Shown piece after piece: positions 37,521-49,400 of a stretch of 64,000 nt of DNA. The first letter of the stretch is position 1, and each line of letters begins with the position of its first letter. Made by a program: the position numbers and the translations under genes. Under the pieces are notes generated by a model. The model did not search any database, was not told where the DNA came from, and saw only the letters and a program-made list of their open reading frames with translations. This DNA is from Sphaerodactylus townsendi (taxonomy: Eukaryota), in the NCBI RefSeq assembly GCF_021028975.2, contig NC_059426.1, positions 74,772,001 through 74,836,000 of the forward strand, read 5' to 3'.

Positions 37521-37564
<44 letters not shown>

Positions 37565-37860
37565 CAGTCTTTAATCCCAATCGGGTTTGAGAAATTAGGA
37601 CCATGTCGTCTGCGTACAACAGGGTGGAAATTTTCTGTTGGTTAATAGAGGGGGCTATGTATTCTGGTCCTGATAACCTTTGTACTATATCGTTTATATA
37701 GAGATTAAAAAGTAGTGGAGCTAGGACACAGCCTTGCTTTACACCTCGTTTAATTGATATCTTGTTTGTTAGGGAACCCATCATACCAACTCTAATCCTA
37801 GCCTGGGTGTCTGTATGTAATTCACGAAGAAGGAATAACAAAAGTTGATCGATTAGCAGC
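37188..37860 (-). mobile_element. Duplicated non-LTR retrotransposon RT fragment with a 40-nt poly(T) run at 37523-37562
   Basis: ORF 37362-37901: RGVKQGCVLAPLLFNLYINDIV..LLYADDMVLIS..FKYLGINF. Confidence 0.88.
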
Positions 37861-38097
37861 TTATGGCTGCTGGCTTCAGGGGTCTTCAGGGGTTTTAACA
37901 AGACAGAAAATTCTTTTTTTCTTATTTCTGCTCACAGAAGTATACCAAACAATACAAAACACTTTGATATCAAATGCTAATACATATAATGTGATATAAA
38001 GTGCACCTGTGTGATACAAATATACAAACTCATCAACAAGTCTTATGGATGGTTAAGTCCTAAACAACTCAAGGTTTTTTTTGCCATCCACTGAAGA

Positions 38098-38136
38098 GGA
38101 AACGAAACCTAGGAACGAAACCTAGAAACGAAACTG
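38098..38136 (+). promoter_or_regulatory. Triple tandem ISRE/IRF element array upstream of the IFITM2/3-like gene
   Basis: GGAAACGAAACCT-AGGAACGAAACCT-AGAAACGAAACTG; units 1 and 3 match GAAANNGAAA, 13-bp period, ~370 bp from the ATG. Confidence 0.85.
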
Positions 38137-38362
38137 CGGACCATGTCTGATTGATGGCTACAGACAGCTTATGTCCTTGAGTCTTGTAGTGTTGCAAGAA
38201 GAATTAAGAGGACTCTTGTGTATGCTATTTGAATATAGCCTTATGAATATTGCCTTTTGAAAGCACTGGAATTTACTCCCTACATCTCACAGCCAGATCC
38301 CTCCACGTAAAAGTGACTAGAGCGCCTCTCCCCCAGCCTCGCTCTCTACAGACTCCACCAAG

Positions 38363-38470
38363 TGACTCATGTGGTGGATGCACTTCAAGCCCAGATGCTC
38401 CGCCCATTACTTTTTTCTTTTTCCCGCCGCAAACGCAGCGTGGTGAAAGCAGCAAAGAGAGGGGCGGCGC
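38363..38470 (+). promoter_or_regulatory. Proximal promoter: AP-1 site and GC boxes in a CpG-rich region
   Basis: TGACTCA at 38363-38369, ctccgccc at ~38398, ggggcgg at ~38461. No TATA box seen. Confidence 0.5.
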
Positions 38471-38503
38471 CGGATTTCTGTTGATCGGCGAGTTCCAGCC
38501 TAG

Positions 38504-38755
38504 ATGATGGCAAGTGGCGACCTCCAGGACCCCTCCCCGGGCCGTGCGCCCTTGCCACGTTACGAGCAGCTGAAGGAAGAGCAAGAGCAAATGCTGATGC
38601 AGGCGAGAGTTCCGGTTGCCACCACCACGGTGGTCCACATGGGCCCACAGGTCTATGTCTCACCTGCACGTGACCATATTGTCTGGTCGATCTTTAGCAC
38701 GATTTACTTAAATTTTTGCTGCCTCGGGGCCATGGCCCTTGCATTTTCCGTCAAG
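38504..38755 (+). CDS. IFITM3: IFITM2/3-like copy B exon 1: [84 protein letters not shown] (spliced protein 133 aa)
   Basis: CD225 domain, N-terminal [12 protein letters not shown] resembling mammalian IFITM2/3 PPNYEMLKEE, donor AAG|GTGAGA. The symbol reflects similarity, not proven 1:1 orthology. Confidence 0.92.
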
Positions 38756-41700
38756 GTGAGAGGCTCGTCACGGTCCGTGCAGAAGCAACGGGTCCTTCTT
38801 TCCTTGGAACTCGACTTGTTTCCCCCTTCCTCTCTTTCTTCTGAGAATGCGAATAATGCTTGGATCTTAAAGATCGGGATTCCCGAGGGGAGCTCCGTCT
38901 ACGCTGCTAACCGTTCTAACAGTCTGAGCTACAGAGTGATGTTTGCTCACAAGGAGGTTCCGAACAGCCCATTATTGCCACAGACTCTTCCCCCCCCCCC
39001 CCCCGCCCTTTGTCTTCTCTGGAAGGTGCCCGTTATTTGATAGTTTTTCTGTGTCCCGCTAAGTATAGTTACTTTCAAGATGAAAGGAAATGCTTTTTTC
39101 CACCAAGAGTGGAAATGTGGGCTAGGTTCTGCTGCTAAAGCTTGCTTTGAATTGGCTGAAGAGTGGATGTGTAAAAAAAATCTTGAGTAATTTATGGGTG
39201 GCGTTGCAGCCCCTTCTTCCTCTGTCTCTGCTGTAGAGAGAGAGAGAGAGAGAGAGAGAGAACACTGCAGGAGCCGGCAACATCTTTATTTTAGTTGGCA
39301 ACAGCCTGGCTGAGTAGTGAAGAAAATGGTGGTGGGATTATTTATATTGAGCCTACATATATTGGCTCTGCTGCTGCCCTTTTATCACTAGCATGGGTGC
39401 TTGAACATGTGTGGATGTGTGTGGCTTTTATTGCAGTGGTAGAATGTGTGTTGGGGAATTAATTGGTTTATAGGGAATAATTAATTGGTTTATAGGGAAT
39501 TCAGGATTAGCATCTCTGAAATGTTCTGCTCAAAGACATAGACTGGTAGTTCCTGTGCTGCAAGATAGTTCTAAAGTAAGAAACTGAGCAAGTGAGAGAA
39601 AAGAAGGCCCCCAAGGTGGGCATTTTCTGATACTGTGAAAACATTGCTATCTCTGTACACTTAGGCACATAAGGAGAACAGATGAATGGCAGGCCTGATT
39701 TCCATCCATCCAGACAGATTGGATTTGATTTAAATCAAATCAGTTTAAATCACTAGTCAGCCAGGCTTTATTTAAATAATTGTTTTTTACACAAAGACTC
39801 ATTTGCTAGTATAATCTTAACATTTACAACCAGATTAAAGTTTCATTTTTAGAATAATAACTCTTTGGATTAGTTTTACAATTACATCAAAATTACTGAT
39901 TTGTGGGATGTACTTAAATCACACTATTTTCCCTGTGGTTGCCATTTTGATGTGGGACCTGTCATTCCAGTCCCAGAGCACAGAATCTATTCCCAGGGAT
40001 TGTCATCCCAGTGTGAGGCCTGTCATTCCATTGTCAGAGTAGTTTGTATGGGCCTAGAGACCTTCATTAAAATCCATTCCACATTTTCTTTGCTTGCTAC
40101 CTTTTTTATGCTGTAACATAGTTCAATGGCGTTCATGCAAGTCAATTGGCAATGCTGGTTCCCATTATTTCAAATGGGCCTTCCTGCCTCCCCCATTGTT
40201 TCCAATGGGCAATCAGTCATTTCTTATAGTACATCTGTTGATTTGGTTATAGTATTAGAAATACATAGATAATTATGAATGTATTACAAAATGAACTATT
40301 TCCAGTTTTATTTGGGCCACCAGGTCTTGCATTTCTTTGTTTCTGTTCTGCATGCATGCTTGCGTTACCCAGATGTAAAGAAAGTTCATTATAATATTCC
40401 CAAACTGTGTCTCTTTTCCAACCTGCTGCCATTATAGATCTTTTTTCCCAGGGAGAGAATAATAAGATAAACCTCAGGGTATACATACAAAGATCCTATG
40501 ACTTGTGATCAAAAGGTTTCATGCTAATTTTTGCTGCTTGCTCCTCCCTCCTCACACTTAGCAGTAAACTTGTGCATGAGTCTAGTCTCCACTTCAGCAA
40601 ATTATCTTGTATTCATTGTTGAACTTTCTTAGGAAACTTCGCTAATCTTAAGGGGGGCTTTGATTCTGGGCAATTACATTAGGATTTGTAAAAGGAACAA
40701 TGGGATTAAGGTCTTTTTCTCAGCTCTTTATGTTTATTTTATAACACTTTTTCTGAGAAGAAGGGGCATGTTATCTTTGCAGACTCAAAAACGTATTGCA
40801 AACATCACTAAAGATGTGGGGGAGAAATAATGCTGATTTGGCTGTTGGCTTTGTATCCCAATCTGTCTCCGGTTATAGGGTTCTGGGCATCATTTTATCA
40901 CTTTCATTTTATCCACACAACAACCCTTGAAGTGTATGCATTGCCCAAGATCAACCAATGGCCTTACATGACAGGAGTGGGTAGAATTTAGAACTTGGGT
41001 CTCCCTGATCTTGGTGTGGCATCCTAACCACTGCACCTAAGTGGTCCTTGCAGTGGCCTTTGCTGCATTGGGTGTACCACTGTTGAGTGAAAAGGTAGTT
41101 CATATGTCATAAACTGGTAGCAGTTTATGAGGTAAATGGTGCAAGTTTTGAACACATTATAAGTGTGGACTGTAGGATGCTCAGACCCTTTGGAATCGTT
41201 TTCTTCTGGTTTCTTCCCCTTAGGGCTGATTTACACATGCATGCACTACCACACAGTGGTGGGATTCAGCAGGTTCACACAACACTTCTCGCAGAACCGG
41301 GGTTGTTAAAAATAGTGCTTGTTTGCATACCAAACCAGTTGCTAAATTATTTGAATCCCACCAATCGAGCCGGTTGTTTAGCACATTATTTGAATCTCCC
41401 ACCACTGCTACCACCTATCTGCATGTGGGGAGTGGACTTCTCATTAGCGAAGCTCTTCCTGTGATGGTTTGTATTGACAACATACAACTCTGCATTTCTG
41501 CTTAGTGCCCATTTATTTTGAATTTTCCAAGCAGCATCTGTGGATTCCTTCTTTTCCTCCACCATTTTTATCCTCAAAAAAGTCTTGAGAAGCAGGTTAG
41601 ACTAAGAGAGTGATTAGCCTTAAGTCACCCCATAAGTTTTATGGCAAGTGATCTGGTTTTGCTAAAACACAGGGAAATTCCTCTTCTATAAATTACTGTT

Positions 41701-41756
41701 TTGGTATTTCCTAGCTTTCCTTCAGTACCTAATCTTTCTCTTTTTACCCCTATCAG

Positions 41757-41906
41757 GCACGGGATCGTAAATTGGTTGGTGACCATAATGGTGCAAGCAG
41801 CTATGGTTCCACTGCCAGGTGCTTGAATATCGCGGCCTTGACGTTGTGCCTCTTTTCCCCTGTCGTCATCGTAATCATCCTGGTTGTTACGGGGGTCATT
41901 GTTTGA
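41757..41906 (+). CDS. IFITM3: IFITM2/3-like copy B exon 2: ARDRKLVGDHNGASSYGSTARCLNIAALTLCLFSPVVIVIILVVTGVIV*
   Basis: Polypyrimidine acceptor ..tatcAG|GCA, RDRK..GD..GA..Y.STA.CLNI loop, TM helix, TGA at 41904-41906. Confidence 0.93.
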   Translation, partial: ARDRKLVGDHNGASSYGSTARCLNIAALTLCLFSPVVIVIILVVTGVIV

Positions 41907-42470
41907 AATATACCTGGGGGAGTCTACGATGGCTATTGAACCATGTTGCGAAGTGATTTCACTTTCAAATCCTTGTTTCCTTTATGCACAGCTTCTACTC
42001 AGCCAACTCTTGTTTCCTTTTGAGTATGTTGTCTAGGATATGATTCTAAGGAATATACATTGTCCATAGAAAAGCTTTGTGTTTACTATGAGGGAGTTGT
42101 TCATTTCAAGAGATGGTTTCATGCTGAGAAGTATACCATTGTAGAGTTGGCTTTGTTATACTTCTTATAGTCTAATGGTCCCTTCCACTCCAGAGATGAT
42201 ATGTTTCTATTGAATGTAACCAGTTAATTTTATTTTTCTACTGAATTTAACCAATTCAAAAGATTCCTCTATGGTGGGGGGGGGGGGGCGCATAATTTTG
42301 ACATTGATGCACATAACATTCCTCTAAGAAGACCCGGCAATATAATTTTCCAGGTCCTGTTCCTGTAGAATGGGAAGCAGATTTTCTCTTTAATATTTTT
42401 CTATTTGTCTGTAGTAAAATTAATACCTGTTGACCTCTTTTGAATACAAATATTTGGATAGTTCTATGCT

Positions 42471-42476
42471 AATAAA
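42471..42476 (+). terminator. Likely polyadenylation signal of the IFITM2/3-like gene
   Basis: First AATAAA seen after the stop (~565 nt 3'UTR). Confidence 0.55.
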
Positions 42477-43974
42477 TTGTTTTATAAACATCTCAGAAAA
42501 CTGTGTGAAACGTTCCTCCTTGTTCTTGAACTTTAATGAGTGAACTACAAGACTGGTTTTAACTCTTAAGGACAATACAACATTTAAAAACAAACGGGGG
42601 CCTGTGTGACTCATGGGGGGATCCTTGCTTGCCCACCAGGCATGCTGCATGTCAGGTAGCCATCCCACCAGCAGCTGCCACTGCTCCCTCACTCCTCCCC
42701 TAATTGCTTGCTCATTTGGCTCACTGCATCTCTAAGTGGGAGATGGTGTCATTGTCCTGCATGTGGCATGCACAATGGGGCAGTGGTGGGGGCAGCTCGT
42801 GATGCACATGTGCTAACTCCCTCTCCCTTGAGTTACTGCTTGGGAACAGTCGCCTCGCGCATTGTCAAGCTTGCACAACTTTTGTGTGACATGCTTTGCC
42901 TCTTGCTTGTGTCTTTTTAGCAAGGCAGTTTCCCAAATATAGGGCAGAAACTTCTTTATCCAAGTGGTTTAGATCATTTGCCGCCATTATAACCTCACAA
43001 CAACCCTCTGAAGTAGATTAGTCAACGGAATGGGGATTTGAACCTTCATTTTCTTGCACCTAGTTGGGCAACTTAACTGCTGCTCCACATTGTTTTAACA
43101 CCCAAACCATAATGTAATGCTGATTCTTTACTTTGGGTGTCAGCCACAATGACAAACAAAAAAAGAATCCGGTGCATAAGGCAGGAAGAGGAGGAAGATA
43201 GACCTGGAGCAATAAGCTAAGATGGCTAGAAGCCTTCGCAGATTTCTTGCAAACGCTGCTGAAAGTACACCAGGCTGATCAGCAGCACCACAGGAACCTC
43301 ACAAACCTGATCCAGTGTCTGTGGACATTCCTGTTGCTTTAGATAAATGAATGAATACATAAATAAATAATAATTACAGAATGAAACCTGTATTTTCATG
43401 GCATTCTGAAATTGCAGCACCCCTAGCTAAAGAATAACCTGTACTTCTCTTGCACCTCTTGCCTCTTGCTTATCAGGGCCTCCTACACACATACTTCCAC
43501 TGCAGACACCTCTCTCCCACTGAAGTGTACCAGCCATCTAAGATCAATTTGCTCAGTAACTCTTACCATATGGTTGGGTTTACAACATTTAAATTTAATT
43601 GCTGTCCACTACAGAAATGAGCGAGAGTGAGGAAACGAAGATCTTTACAGGAAAAGAAAAGAAGTTATTTGATACCATAAAAGAACAAACTATTTATTGT
43701 TGTACACAAATTTGCGGCCTTCTTCATCAGATGCATGAAATCCATGCACCCTTAGCTGGCTGATGTACCCAACTATACAGAGAAAAATTAAGAACAGTGG
43801 ACCCAAAAGTGAAGACAGACTGAAGGCCAGTTGATATATCCAAAACCTTTCCAATCAATGGCATATCTAGGTTGGGGGGAGGGGGAAAACAGAGGGAACA
43901 GATGACTTAAGCGCCACTTTCCTGGGTCATGTGGGGAATCCATTTGGTCACCTGCCCCCTCCCTTCTCCCCCCA

Positions 43975-44321
43975 CAGGTCCAAGTACAAAGGTGAAAGGG
44001 CCAGGGCTTTTACGGCTCTGGCCCCTACCTGGTGGAACAGGCTTCCAGGTGAGATCAGGACCCTGCGGGACTTACAAAGTTTCCGCAGGGCCTGCAAAAC
44101 GGACCTGTTCCGCCAGGCGTTTGGCCAGCCGGGATGATGTCAACTCCGCCATAAGAACACCTGGCCATCCGTGGGTACATAAAAGAGGGGGAGGGGTTGA
44201 AGCCATCTGTAGTTTTAGTATTTTATGTATTTTGATGTTTTAGGATGTTTTATGATGTTTTAAATTGTTTATTATTGATGGACACCGCCCTGAGCCTTCA
44301 GGGAGGGCGGTATATAAATAT

Positions 44322-44322
<1 letters not shown>
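43975..44322 (+). mobile_element. L2 LINE 3' end
   Basis: RARAFTALAPTWWNRLPGEIRTLRDLQSFRRACKTDLFRQAF, then the 3' stem ccgccctgagcc..agggcgg and the tail. Confidence 0.85.

Positions 44323-44400
<78 letters not shown>
44323..44400. repeat. (GAAA)n microsatellite forming the L2 tail
   Basis: Direct reading. Confidence 0.95.
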
Positions 44401-46019
44401 GAGTGCCCCGTTCTGAAGAACAAGGAAGGTGGCAGGTGCCTAAGCAGCCAGCAGACAAGCCTCTTTCCCTGCCCACAGGCAATGGGCTGGGACTCCGCAG
44501 ATATCTTCAAGTCAATCACGTTGCTTCCTGCTCCTTGAGGCCCAGAAGCTCTTGGCAACCATGGTGGCTTTGAGCAGGGCAGAGAAAATGAAGGGAAGCA
44601 GCCGAGGCAAGCTGGAAGGGATTACCTAACCCCTCACTCTGATCCTCAGAGTGGGTTCAGATCCAGCAAATTAAACAACTTTCCACCCTCTTGTCACTAT
44701 TCTACCCTCTTACCCCTTGTTCAATGGAGAGACCATCCCAGCCACACCAGCCGGATGAGAAATACCCCGTACATTGCTGGGCCTGTCTAGCTAATGATAT
44801 CTGGTGCTGCTCCCTCTCCCACTGCTTGCTGCTCTCCTGCTGCTCCCGCTGCTCGCTTGCCGCTTGCTCACTCACTCACTGCACCACCTCATTTGGGAGG
44901 GGGGTGCAATTTTTGGGGAGGGCACCCCAGGCACCATTTTCTGGTGGTATGCCACTGTTTCCAACATATCAATGATACATAGCTTTTTCTAGACCACCAC
45001 ACTTCTTTAATTCTTAGATTATAGTCACAACCTCACACGAAGTCAGCCTCCTAATGCAATACATTGATCCAGCAGCAAGAACAGACTAATACATACATGA
45101 ATGTAGGTGTCAGTTCCATTCCAGTTTCCATTCATGAGATTAATTACATGATATCAAGTAGACGTGCACTGGGATTCTTGTGCTTGAAACCAAATTCCCC
45201 AGCAAACAGAACCTGAGATGGAGGCACAGACATAAGGGAAACATATCATTTAGATAGACCTTCATACAATACTATTACAGGATCTAACTTCAAGAATGTG
45301 GTCATCTGCGGAGCCTCCGATGCAATATATATCAAATATGTACCCAAATGAGAACATTCAAAAACAAATGGGAGAACATTTTACTTCTGACCTGAAAGTC
45401 AAATAAGCTAACTGTATGTTAGCCGTGTTATTGAGGATGTGTGACTATAAGTTAATCACTGTGCTATTCTGGGAGTTACATGGCTTGAGCACCCAGCATT
45501 AAGGGAGAGGGCTTTTAAGCATTTTTGCACTGTTACAAAACTGCATGCAGACTGGTATCAGGTGCACATGCAGCTTTACAACAGGGCAAAGAGTGAAAAT
45601 AATTTTTGATTGGGAAAACAACATGGGGGAAGGAGGATTAAGAGCCCCAAAGGATGCTACGTGAGTTAGAAAACACTAGGTGTACCATATACACCATGTC
45701 CCTTTGTTTCAAATTGCACCTGTTTTTAAAAGGTTTGCACTTGCTATACAATAATTGATCAGAGATTTGTTACCTAATTTTTTCAGACTTCTCCTCTGAG
45801 AACACTGAAAGGTGTTTTAATGGCTGGCTGGAGCCTTACTGGCTGGCCTGACAAATCCAAATGTTTGCCTGCAAATGAGATTAGCTTTCCAGAACTCCAC
45901 AAATTCAAGAGAAATAGTGTGATTTTCTCACTGTTTTCTGGATCCCAGCCTGTGTAACAGCTTCAGGCTAATGTTGCTGTTCTCCCTTTGTATAAATCAG
46001 AATCATAAATTTATTACCA

Positions 46020-46470
46020 GTCTGGTTCTGGTGGGTTTTCTGGGCTGTGTAACTGTGGTCTGGTGGATCTTGTTCCTAACGTTTCGCCTGCATCTGTGGC
46101 TGGCATCTTCAGACGTGTATCATAGAGAAAAGTCTGTTTCACACTGTGTCTAAGTGAGAAGGGATAGTTTAGAGTGGTATATTGTCCATGTCTCAGGGTG
46201 GGGAACCAATCATTAAGTGTTTGGTTGAGGTGTGGTTGAGTGCATTGTATTGCGGGTGGGGTTATCAGTCCATTTTTAAAGTACTGGCTTTGCTAATCTT
46301 TAACGTCTCTTCTTTCTTATTGAAGTTGTCCTGGTGTTTGTGAATGTCAATGGCCTCCATGTGCAGTCTGACATAGTAATCTTCTGAATTGTCCAGAATT
46401 TCAGTGTTCTCAAATAAAATATTATGTCCAGTTTTGTTTAACAAATGTTCTGTAACTGCAGATTTTTCCA
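46020..46470 (-). mobile_element. Penelope-like element 3' fragment (GIY-YIG endonuclease C-terminus plus pLTR sequence)
   Basis: KSAVTEHLLNKTGHNILFENTEILD..RLHMEAIDIHKHQDNFNKKE. Confidence 0.8.
46072..46120 (-). ncRNA. Minimal hammerhead-ribozyme-like motif within the Penelope element (degenerate)
   Basis: Minus strand: CTGAAGA-T-GCCAGC-CACAGAT-GCAGGC-GAAA-CGTT-AGG, i.e. the CUGANGA core, stem II, GAAA and a palindromic stem III. Confidence 0.6.
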
Positions 46471-49400
46471 GGATGGTTAAGCCGACAGTGTCTTTTGTGT
46501 TCCTTAATAAGGGTCTGAATGCTGCTTTTTGTGGTTCCTTCGACAATACATTATTACCAGTCTGTTTAGGGAGTTCAAAGAAATTAGACCATGCTCTGGT
46601 GCCCTCTAGTGAAATAATTTAAATGTGCATCTTCATCCACTTCAACCGAAGCAATTCTTAATATCTGGGATTTAAACTGTGTTGTAAACTTCAACAACAT
46701 ATTACAAGAAATACAATATTTTAGCAGAAAAAGTTATCTGACATCCCTTTAGAACATTTCATAAATTTTGAAAAAGCAGCACAGCTTTTCAAAATATTTG
46801 GAATAAGACTTTAAAAATAGTTTTTTATCCCATTTTTAACAGAGCCCCGTTACTTCTGATGATGTGATGAGCATGATGGAGCCTAGAAGTATGCCTACCA
46901 CCAATTTCACAATTCCTCCTTCACAGTGGCATTGTCATATATTTCCCAATCACATCTTAGAAAAATAAGGGGTAGCAGAAAGGCCTCATAGCAGCTACAG
47001 ACATCAGCATTCAAGACCAGATGCTCCTATTAGGGGTAAGGTGGGAATTGGTTTCAAGTGGTCTTGAGGCTTTCAGTCATAACACATAATGCCGAAGTGC
47101 CTTCCCCCTGCCAGCACACAGGTTTTTCAGGCCTCACCCATCATTAAAATCCAATTATGAATAAGATGAACGGTTTAAAACTTGGATTTTATTTTTTAAA
47201 ATATTATTCAGTAAAAGGCCTAGCATTAGTTCTACATGCCTGTCAAATGCAGAGGGAAAAAAGGGAACAAGGATTAGAAGTGTTTGTATTTCATGGTTTT
47301 TATCATTACAAAGTAGGCTTACTATAAGTCCCAGTTTGGCTGAGTCAGTCCTGGTTTGAAGGGTCTGTCCCGGTATGCTATCCAGTTAGCAAATTGTCCC
47401 AGCTGACATTGAAATGTCCCAGAATATCCCAGTTATGAATCAAAGACTTAAATTTTAAGAAGTAAAAACTGAAAAATGCCCACCTGAGCAACTTTCCCTC
47501 GTAGTTGCAATGGAAACCCAACAGTCGCGGCAAGGCAGAGGCACCACCTTGCCTACTGATTGACCGGTGTAGTTATCACTTAAAGGCAAGGCCCTTGCAC
47601 TTTGGCAATCCATATCATCTTTGGCTATCTTTGCTCTCTGGTGCCTCATGTTTATGGGCAATGGGCTGTACATATGACATGGAGGGCACAAAACATAAAG
47701 CTCCAGTTTAGATTTTTAAAAATTCCCTTTTCGTGTTCTGCTTTTGGCTTGTCGAAGTAAACCAGCAAGGCCTTCCCTCCGGTTGCAATATAATTATTAT
47801 ATGAGATGTTTATTATTTAGCATATAAGAGATTAACTGAACTTTTATAATTGTTACAATAATTTGCTAATAGCTATCAAACTTATCTGCCATGCACAACT
47901 GAGATACAAACTGACAGGCATACACATAGCTAAATCTAAGGCTAGCACTGCGTGTCTGTCTTTATCAGAAGTTCAGCAGATGTATGACATGCCTACATTA
48001 TACCAGCATTCTCAAGTCACAAGTGGGAAGGTATTGATGTTTTGAGTATTTTGTTGCAATCCCTACTCACAAGACACAAAGATTACAAAGCATTTTTTAA
48101 AATGTGCTTACCCTATGATAGCCTCATTTATGACAATAGTTTATGATGTAGTATAAAATAACCAAAACCTCAAAACTGGGCTCAGCCTCTTCTACATGGG
48201 CTGTGTGGTGTCTGGCATCACTCAGACTAATTATGTAAGAATGCAATCAAAGTTGAAAAAACTATTTTAAAAACTATGAAGTCTAACCTTAATCATATTT
48301 ATTCAGGAGTGAGTCTCACCACTGCTACTTTTTAATGACATATAGAGATTCTTTCTTAGCTGTACAATCACTGGGAGGTTTTGGGGCCAATAAATCTCTT
48401 TCACAGTAATAAAAATGGAAAAGTTATCATCTACCGTATTGGGAAGCTTTAAATCTTTTGCAGGATTATAGCAGTATTAACTGCTCTTAACAGAAACATT
48501 ATTTACAAGCATTTCAAATCCACTGAGGGTGTTGGTTGGTTGCATGGCCTTTATTTGTAGTCCCAAAGACAGTGTCCCAACAGTGAAAGCTGAAGAACAT
48601 GTCACTAGTGAAAATTTGACACCTGTGAGAAAAAAAAAATCCTCATCTGACAACTAGCTAATTGGAGCTTTTTGTACAATGATCTTGTATATTTAAAAAC
48701 CTCAGTAATGTAACCCTACCTACTTCTTTGGGGTTTCATGAGATTAGTTTTATCAGGCCTGGACAGTGGTTTGTGCCACTGAATCTTTAGCCACGATATG
48801 GTAAGTAGATTCAGTAGGCTGACTATTTCCTGCTTTTAATACACTTTGAAGGTCAAACTCTTCACCTGCTAAATCTCTCCTTAAAGCGTTAACTCCACCA
48901 GGAAAAAGTCTTGGCAGTTCTGGATTTCTTTCTGCATTTTAATGTTCCCTTTTCCTGATTGATTTAGTGCCCTTTCAGTACTGTGGGAGACAGGGAATAC
49001 ACATGAACAGGGAATGGTGAGGTGTGGGGTTTCCCACTGGACGCTGGTGGAGGTTGCCAGTGCAGCTATCTGTCTGGAGCAAAAACCATAGCCTGAAAAC
49101 CAATGGAAGAAGAGGGAGCCAATAATGTGATTCTCCAGCTGCATCCTTCAACAAATTCCAGTGTGTGAAGGAAAAGAGGGGTTTCCCTGAACCGAGTGCC
49201 CTCTTTCCTGTAACGTACCAAGAAACAAGATTCTTTATCCAGATTCTCTCAAGCAGCTTTTACATTTTTAAAAAAATTATAAAAAGGAAAGAAAACCAAG
49301 GAAAATACAGATCAGGTTTCTCTAAGCTCTACAGTTCCAAGTATATAAAAAAAGGCAATACAGTTGAAGGCATGAATTGAGCCTTAGAATGAATCTTTGT

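Larger units (their letters stand above)
32565..41817 (+). repeat. ~4.6 kb direct tandem duplication (copy A ~32565-37187, copy B ~37188-41817)
   Basis: Colinear, near-identical LINE fragment, promoter, exon 1, intron and first 61 nt of exon 2. Junction ..TCCACTGCCA|ATTCCATATAACAT at 37187/37188. Confidence 0.95.

Noticed and set aside
44240-44573. KERK/FFLS repeat ORFs
   Set aside because: Translation of the (GAAA)n microsatellite.
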